Notes under the pieces: generated by a model | What the model saw: the letters and a program-made list of their open reading frames with translations, nothing else | Databases searched by the model: none | Told to the model about the DNA's origin: nothing | Position numbers and translations under genes: made by a program | NCBI GenBank assembly: GCA_965208325.1 | Contig: OZ242326.1 | Location: 896,001 to 960,000 of the forward strand | Reading direction: 5' to 3' | DNA length: 64,000 bases | Source: Candidatus Poribacteria bacterium | GTDB lineage: Bacteria; Poribacteria; WGA-4E; PCPOR2b | Shown: in pieces, positions 57,806-64,000 of the stretch | Numbering within the stretch: position 1 is the first letter of the stretch | Layout: the number at the start of each line of letters is the position of its first letter

Positions 57806-58809
57806 TGAGTCCGAAGGAAGCAACAATCATGCAAAAAACAAGATTAGTGAGTGGTGTCCGTCCAACCGGACTTCTACATCTTGGGCATCTGGAAGGGATG
57901 TTGAAGAACACTGCAAGCCTGCAAGACAAATACGAATGTTTTCCCTTCATCGCCGATTGGCATTCGCTCACCGATGTGACTGACACATCAAACCTTCCCC
58001 ACTATAAACTGCAGGCAGCAATAGATTGGTTGAGTGCCGGAATCGACCCGGATAAAAGCACGCTTTTCATTCAATCCCACGTGGCGGAACATGCGGAATT
58101 ATCGACGCTACTCACCATGGTTACACCGGTGTCCTGGCTAGAGCGTTGTCCAACGTATAAAGACAAGATTCAAGACATCAATCAGCGCGAGGGACCTTCA
58201 GCCGGATTGCTAGAATATCCGGTATTGATGACATCGGATGTCATCGTTTACAAAGCCGCTGTGGTGCCTGTTGGAGCGGATAATGTAGCTCACCTCGAAA
58301 TATCACGTGAAATCGTTCGCAGATTTAATCACGTCTACGGCGATGTATTCCCCGAGCCGCAGCCGCTGTTGACGAAAACCGCGGAGTTGCCTGGGCTTGA
58401 CGGCCGCAAGATGAGCAAGAGCTACGGTAATACCATTCAGCTATCCGATTCATCTGAGACCACAACGAAAAATCTTATGCAAATGGTAACAGATCCTGGC
58501 CGTGTACGCCGCAATGACCCCGGCAATCCAGAGGTATGCCCCGTATTTGCGTATCATAAAGTTTACAATCCTGATGAGGTTCCACAAATTGACCGGGATT
58601 GCCGTTCCGCTGCGATAGGGTGTGTCGATTGTAAACGCAATCTTAGCGAATATTTGATTGCTGAACTGACTCCATTCTATGAAAAACGGGCTCAATGGGC
58701 GTCAAAACCGGAAGAGGTTCGAGAAGTTCTCGGTGATGGAGCAAATCGGGCCCGCGGCGTTGCTCAAGAAACTATGGCAGAAGTCAGAGATGCTATGAAT
58801 CTAGTTTGA
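57805..58809 (+). CDS. trpS: Tryptophan--tRNA ligase (alternative start 57829)
   Basis: 'SGVRPTGLLHLGH', 'IADWH', KMSKS. Confidence 0.96.
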   Translation: MSPKEATIMQKTRLVSGVRPTGLLHLGHLEGMLKNTASLQDKYECFPFIADWHSLTDVTDTSNLPHYKLQAAIDWLSAGIDPDKSTLFIQSHVAEHAELSTLLTMVTPVSWLERCPTYKDKIQDINQREGPSAGLLEYPVLMTSDVIVYKAAVVPVGADNVAHLEISREIVRRFNHVYGDVFPEPQPLLTKTAELPGLDGRKMSKSYGNTIQLSDSSETTTKNLMQMVTDPGRVRRNDPGNPEVCPVFAYHKVYNPDEVPQIDRDCRSAAIGCVDCKRNLSEYLIAELTPFYEKRAQWASKPEEVREVLGDGANRARGVAQETMAEVRDAMNLV

Positions 58810-58847
58810 CCGCCTTTAACAGAAATTGTTAACGATAATGAGACCGC

Positions 58848-59606
58848 ATGCAAAACAGTGTTGAGATTAATGACTCTCAGGTAAAACCCGTATATGCCAT
58901 CAAACTTGATTTCTTTGAAGGCCCTTTAGATCTTCTGCTCCATCTCATTCAGAAAAATGAGATGGAGATTACGGATATCCCAATCGCCGAAATCACCGAG
59001 CAGTACCTAGAGTATCTCAACTTTATGGAACTGCTGGATCTTGATGTCGCGTCAGATTTTTTGGTGATGGCTGCGACTTTGCTTTATCTGAAATCTCAAA
59101 GCATTCTTCCAGTCCTTGAAGTAGATGATCAAAAACCGTTTAAGGATAGGGAAGATCTTGTCAGGCAACTGTTAGCGTACAAACAGTTCAAGGAAGCGGC
59201 TCAGGCATTAGATTATCATGCAGCGAAGCGTGAAAAAATCTACGGTAGGAGTGTCCATCCGGATACCGATTCCTCCGATTTGCGTGACGTCCAGATAAAG
59301 GCGACGCTGTTCGATCTGCTGTCTGCCTTCAAGCAGGTGATTGAAAGATCGGAGTTTGCAGCGGACGATGATCATTACGAAGAAATTCAAGAAGAGCCGA
59401 TTACCGTTGAGGAAAAGATGGAAATTGTGCAGCGTAAACTCAGCGATGAACCGATTAACTTCAATGAGTTGTTCTCAGAATTCGCAAGCAAGATTGAACA
59501 GATTGTGACGTTTTTAGCGATTCTGGAATTGATTCGCCTTCAGCGAATCTCCGCGGTACAATCAGGTCACCTTGAAGACATCTATATTGTGAGACTTGAC
59601 GCGTAA
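58848..59606 (+). CDS. scpA: Segregation and condensation protein A
   Basis: 'FEGPLDLLLHLI', 'FLVMAATLLYLKS', 'VTFLAILEL'. Confidence 0.96.
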   Translation: MQNSVEINDSQVKPVYAIKLDFFEGPLDLLLHLIQKNEMEITDIPIAEITEQYLEYLNFMELLDLDVASDFLVMAATLLYLKSQSILPVLEVDDQKPFKDREDLVRQLLAYKQFKEAAQALDYHAAKREKIYGRSVHPDTDSSDLRDVQIKATLFDLLSAFKQVIERSEFAADDDHYEEIQEEPITVEEKMEIVQRKLSDEPINFNELFSEFASKIEQIVTFLAILELIRLQRISAVQSGHLEDIYIVRLDA

Positions 59607-59656
59607 TGAACAAAGTCAAAGTTCGTCACCGACACCAACCAAACGAATAGAAAACC

Positions 59657-60244
59657 GTGGCTGAAGAACACTCCCTTGACATTCAGGATTCCGAGTTTAG
59701 CCCAGACGAGATAAAATCCATTCTCGAAGCGGTGCTGTTCGCCGTCAGCGAACCAATTTCCTTGAAACAGTTTAGCCTGATGCTGAATGGGGTTTCCACG
59801 AGACAGATTCACCAAGTGCTCAAGCAGTTGCGAGATGAGTATCGAAACACAAACCGTAGTTTTGAACTCATCGAAATTGCCAACGGGTTTCAAATCTGTA
59901 CACACCCCAAATATCACGGTTGGATTGAAAAATTTTACACCCGCCAAGTGCGCGTCAAACTCTCACCCGCTGCACTTGAAACCCTCACCATTGTCGCCTA
60001 TAAACAGCCTATTACCAGAAGCGAGATGGAAGAAATCCGCGGCGTTAATAGCGATAGCGTTCTCAATTCTTTAATCGAAAAGGGACTAGTGCGCATCGCG
60101 GGAAGGAACCCCGGTCCGGGCCGTTCGCTTTTGTTTGCAACGACGGACGAATTTCTGCAACTTTTCGGATTTAAAGATCTTGCTGAATTGCCTTCCATGG
60201 AAGAGATTGAACAGATTTTAAACCAAACGCAAAGCGAATCATAA
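59657..60244 (+). CDS. scpB: Segregation and condensation protein B
   Basis: 'LEAVLF', 'LSPAALETL.IVAYKQPITR..EIRGV', 'TT.EFL..FG...L..LP'. Confidence 0.96.
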   Translation: MAEEHSLDIQDSEFSPDEIKSILEAVLFAVSEPISLKQFSLMLNGVSTRQIHQVLKQLRDEYRNTNRSFELIEIANGFQICTHPKYHGWIEKFYTRQVRVKLSPAALETLTIVAYKQPITRSEMEEIRGVNSDSVLNSLIEKGLVRIAGRNPGPGRSLLFATTDEFLQLFGFKDLAELPSMEEIEQILNQTQSES

Positions 60245-60639
60245 TTCATGACGTGTTCTATTAACCGTAAATTTCCTGAGCACCCATGAACATCGGAAAT
60301 TTTTCACTAGCGATTGTGCTAAACTGTTGCATCATATCAAGCCTGTCCGAGTCTTTCTACGCGCTGCTACGCCGCTCGTCTTCGTAATCCTCCTATTCTA
60401 TTGAGAAATTCCTGTCGAGGTAAACTGACATCACACAAAGGGCGCATGTCGGCTGCACGCATTCCCTGCGCACAGGCGAACCGTAAAATGGGTCAGAATT
60501 AAGATGCCGCAAGAATCATTTGAATGGATTGGTGTTACGCTTGGAGACAAATTCGTAAGAGATTCAACCGCGCTTTCTTATGTTGACCGCCGCGTAAATT
60601 TGATGATTATCGTTTGACCAACAGTATGCAGAAATTCTA

Positions 60640-60669
60640 TTGACGACGAAACTGGTTGAGGGGTACAAT
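60640..60669 (+). promoter_or_regulatory. Putative sigma70 promoter of thrC
   Basis: TTGACG-18 bp-TACAAT; AAGGAG RBS downstream. Confidence 0.5.
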
Positions 60670-60735
60670 TGTTGTTTAAGGTCCGTGTGAGGGTTTACGC
60701 TGTTGAACAATGCCCGATTCTGAAGGAGTGCGGCG

Positions 60736-62070
60736 ATGGAGTATCATGCATGGTTTCAATGCAGTGAGGGCTGTGACGAAAAGTATCCGCTCAATGAAGT
60801 CATATACCGATGCCGGCAATGCAATGGTTTATTAGAAGTAAAACACGACATAGACCTACTTAGGCGTAGAAGCGGCGCAGCGTGGAGGGAACTGTTTAAT
60901 GAGCGGTATATGCGTACGCAATACCCTTATGGCAGCGGCGTCTGGGGAAAAAAGGAGTTGGTGTGTCCGAATATTGACAATGAAAATGTAGTATCCATGT
61001 ATGAAGGCGGCACCAATCTGTTTTGGGCTGAACGGTTTGGCAATGAGATTGGCCTTTCCAATCTCTGGATAAAGCAGTGCGGAAATAGTCATACCGGATC
61101 TTTTAAAGACTTAGGTATGACCGTATTGGTTTCCATGGTGAAGCAGGTGGTAAAACGCGGCGGCGACATCCGCGTTGTCATGTGCGCTTCTACCGGCGAC
61201 ACTTCCGCTTCACTCGCCGCATATGCCGCAGCGGCAGGCATTCCGGCTGTAATCCTTTTACCGCGGGACAAAGTATCCCACGCGCAGCTCATTCAGCCGA
61301 TAGCCAATGGCGCAATTACGCTTGCGTTAGAAACGGATTTTGATGGCTGCATGTCCGTAGTCCAGCAGCTTGCTGAAAGGAAAGATTTCTACCTAGCGAA
61401 TTCCATCAATTCGCTCCGAATTGAAGGACAAAAGACAATCTCGATTGAGTTAGTTCAGCAGTTTGACTGGGAAGCACCAGATTGGGTCATTATACCGGGC
61501 GGGAATTTGGGTAATGTAACAGCGCTCGGCTTGGGATTTTTAATCATGCGAGATTTAGGGATTATTGATCGGCTGCCCCGTATTGCTTGCGCTCAATCTG
61601 CCAAAGCGAATCCGCTGTACGAAAGTTTCCAAAACGACTTCAAGACGTTTGACCCGGTCACGGCGCGGGCAACAATTGCAACGGCAATTCGAATTGGCCA
61701 TCCAGTTTCGGTAAAAAAGGCGATAAATGTATTAAAAAAATTCGACGGAATTGTAGAGCAAGCCACCGAAGATGAGTTAGCGAATGCCGCGGCGAGTGCA
61801 GATCGGACAGGGTTGTTCAACTGCCCGCATACAGGGGTTGCACTCGCAGTGCTACTGAAAATGGTCGAAAGCAGACTTATACAACGCGATGATAGAGTAA
61901 TCGTTATCTCGACAGCTAACGGTCTCAAATTTCCGGAATTTAAGATTGACTACCACCAAAATAAATTGAAAGAAGTTCAACCTCAACATGTTAACTCGCC
62001 GATTACAGTCGAACCAAATTATGACACAGTGATGAAAACGATTACGCATCACCTGAAAACCTTGAACTGA
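60736..62070 (+). CDS. thrC: Threonine synthase (plant-like class I subtype)
   Basis: 'HTGSFKDLG' PLP lysine, 'CASTGDTS', 'PGGNLGN', 'CPHT'. Confidence 0.95.
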   Translation: MEYHAWFQCSEGCDEKYPLNEVIYRCRQCNGLLEVKHDIDLLRRRSGAAWRELFNERYMRTQYPYGSGVWGKKELVCPNIDNENVVSMYEGGTNLFWAERFGNEIGLSNLWIKQCGNSHTGSFKDLGMTVLVSMVKQVVKRGGDIRVVMCASTGDTSASLAAYAAAAGIPAVILLPRDKVSHAQLIQPIANGAITLALETDFDGCMSVVQQLAERKDFYLANSINSLRIEGQKTISIELVQQFDWEAPDWVIIPGGNLGNVTALGLGFLIMRDLGIIDRLPRIACAQSAKANPLYESFQNDFKTFDPVTARATIATAIRIGHPVSVKKAINVLKKFDGIVEQATEDELANAAASADRTGLFNCPHTGVALAVLLKMVESRLIQRDDRVIVISTANGLKFPEFKIDYHQNKLKEVQPQHVNSPITVEPNYDTVMKTITHHLKTLN

Positions 62071-62107
62071 CGGGGCGATCATCCAGATGTGCATTTTTTC
62101 GTAACGA

Positions 62108-64000
62108 CTAATTTTTCAACACGTCTTTTCCCGCTTCCAGCGTTTCGATAATAGCCTCTACGTCATAGACGCATCCTCCCCACGTTCCTCCGCCGATGCT
62201 TTGAAGCGCCGCCCAAAGGCGGGTATCTGCCGGCAGCATGTCGTCCGGGGCGAGGTCTGGACGAGGTAATCTCTCCAATAATACGCGCTCTCCTTTTTCT
62301 TGTCCAAAGACGCCGCCGCCGTGACCAACCAAATTTACACTTCCTTCCAGTCGATTCCGATCGACGACAATCTGAATAAGATCGCCGTCGATTACCTTGC
62401 CGATTGGCCCGCCAGCCAACGCTTCAGGGCCAATGTGCCCAATACACGCGCCGGTTGACACGCCGGAAAATCGGGCATCGGTAATCAGGGCGATATGTTT
62501 ACCGAAGGACAGGTGCTTAAGTGCGGCAGTTACCTGATACACCTCCTCCATGCCAGTGCCCATTGGGCCTCGGCAGCAAAGCACCATTACCTCGCCCGGC
62601 TTGATTTGGTGTTTATCTCCACGCTTTATGGCGTGAATTGCATCTCGTTCTCGAACAAAGACTCGCGCCCGGCCAGTTATGCGGTAGACGCCGTCGGAGT
62701 CAACTACGCTCGAATCAATTGCGGTACTCTTGATGACTGAACCTTCAGGCGCAAGGTTTCCGCGCGGAAATGCCAGCGTACTCGTCAGTCCACGCTCCTG
62801 CGCGGTTTCCGGACTCATGATTACGTCGTCTGGCGAGACACCGTCACTTTCCATCAGGACTTCCTTCAGGCGTTGACGCCGCTCCGACTTCTCCCACCAA
62901 TCAAGGTTCCGCCCAAAGGTTTCACCCGTTGCGGTGACAACATCTTCCTTCAGCATGCCCAATCCTCTTAGACGAAGCATGACTTCAGGAACACCGCCGG
63001 CGAGAAAGACACGAATTGTTGGATGCCCTTTAGGTCCATTTGGCAGTACGTCCACGAGCCGGGGTGTATTACGGTTGATACTCGTCCAATCTTCGATGGT
63101 AGGGCGTTTCAAACCGGCCGCGTGCGCAATCGCGGGGATGTGCAGGAGCAAGTTGGTAGAACCGCCGAAAGCGGCATGAACGACCATCGCGTTTTGAATT
63201 GATTCGCCGGTGAGGATGGATTGCATTGTGATGCCATTCGTTTCGAGGTTGACAAGGGCGCGCGCTGATCGTTTTGCCATATCCAGCCAAATCGCTTGCC
63301 CGGAAGGCGCGAGGGCTGAGTGAGTAAGGGCCATTCCCAAAGCCTCTCCGACGACCTGGGAGGTCGCAGCCGTACCTAGGAATTGACAACCGCCGCCCGG
63401 GGTCGCACACGCTCTGCAACCGAGGTCAGCGGCTTCTTGTAATGAAATTTCTCCGTGTGCGTAACGGGCACCAATCGTTTGAATTTTGCCCGCGTCCTCG
63501 CCATCATCAGGCGGCAGCGTTACGCCGCCGGGCACTAAAATACATGCCAAATTGGACATCGCTGCGAGCGCAATCATTGTCGCAGGCAAACCCTTATCGC
63601 AGGTTGCCACGCCCATCACTCCATCGCGTGTCGGCAGCGATCTGATGAGTCGGCGGAAGACCTGTGCCGCGTCGTTGCGGTATGCTAGGCTATCCATCAT
63701 TCCGACTGTGCCCTGTGTTCGCCCGTCGCACGGATCTGAGCAATAACCGGCAAATGGAATTCCGCCGAGAGATTTAAGTTCATTTGCCGCAGCTTGCATG
63801 AGCAGTCCTACTTCCCAATGCCCCGTATGATATCCTAGCGCAATCGGCGTCCCATCTGGTGCACGAATTCCGCCCTGTGTACTCAAAATAAGAAACTGTT
63901 TCCGGTTTAAGTTAGCGGGCGACCAGCCCATACCTACGTTCTGGCTTAGCGCAAAAACATCTCCACTTCCCCAATTGAGCAGCATGTCCTCCGTTAGCGG
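62108..64000 (-). CDS. yagF: YjhG/YagF-family D-xylonate dehydratase (IlvD/Edd family); 5' end lies outside the window
   Basis: 'SQNVGMGW', '[11 protein letters not shown]', 'SDPCDGR', 'CDKGLP', '[10 protein letters not shown]', 'TDARFSG', C-terminal '[10 protein letters not shown]'. Confidence 0.88.
   Translation of the reverse strand, partial: PLTEDMLLNWGSGDVFALSQNVGMGWSPANLNRKQFLILSTQGGIRAPDGTPIALGYHTGHWEVGLLMQAAANELKSLGGIPFAGYCSDPCDGRTQGTVGMMDSLAYRNDAAQVFRRLIRSLPTRDGVMGVATCDKGLPATMIALAAMSNLACILVPGGVTLPPDDGEDAGKIQTIGARYAHGEISLQEAADLGCRACATPGGGCQFLGTAATSQVVGEALGMALTHSALAPSGQAIWLDMAKRSARALVNLETNGITMQSILTGESIQNAMVVHAAFGGSTNLLLHIPAIAHAAGLKRPTIEDWTSINRNTPRLVDVLPNGPKGHPTIRVFLAGGVPEVMLRLRGLGMLKEDVVTATGETFGRNLDWWEKSERRQRLKEVLMESDGVSPDDVIMSPETAQERGLTSTLAFPRGNLAPEGSVIKSTAIDSSVVDSDGVYRITGRARVFVRERDAIHAIKRGDKHQIKPGEVMVLCCRGPMGTGMEEVYQVTAALKHLSFGKHIALITDARFSGVSTGACIGHIGPEALAGGPIGKVIDGDLIQIVVDRNRLEGSVNLVGHGGGVFGQEKGERVLLERLPRPDLAPDDMLPADTRLWAALQSIGGGTWGGCVYDVEAIIETLEAGKDVLKN

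Noticed and set aside
60245..60640. ncRNA or attenuator upstream of thrC
   Set aside because: No Thr-rich leader peptide, T-box or SAM riboswitch motif recognised.

Overview
Bacterial chromosomal window (64 kb). It probably comes from Candidatus Poribacteria or a relative; this is an inference from the tandem LamG proteins with a C-terminal 'AVEPxGKLATRWGxLK' tail and the PhyH paralogs. The left ~26 kb is accessory. It holds the 3' end of a type III restriction-like nuclease plus an HNH gene, a cell-envelope cluster (PEGA proteins, a trypsin-like protease fused to a beta-barrel, a TRL lipoprotein), and a truncated IS5-family element. It also holds an orphan DUF2280-like/terminase-large-subunit pair with its own near-consensus sigma70 promoter and no other phage genes, two tandem GH127-like genes, an IS5-type MITE and REP-like repeats, a eukaryote-type glutamine-dependent NAD synthetase, a PIN/UPF0175 toxin-antitoxin pair, selenoneine genes senA-senB and a repeat lipoprotein. 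The rest is mostly housekeeping: pyrK-pyrD-pyrB(+Zn domain), tandem PurS, lsrF, yvcK-glmM, cca-S2P-trpS-scpA-scpB, thrC and a xylonate dehydratase. It is interrupted by a six-gene LamG array, two PhyH dioxygenases, a Cys-less GH127-like gene and a gnd pseudogene fragment. I recognised no tRNA, rRNA or CRISPR array. All family calls come from motif recognition by eye, not database searches.
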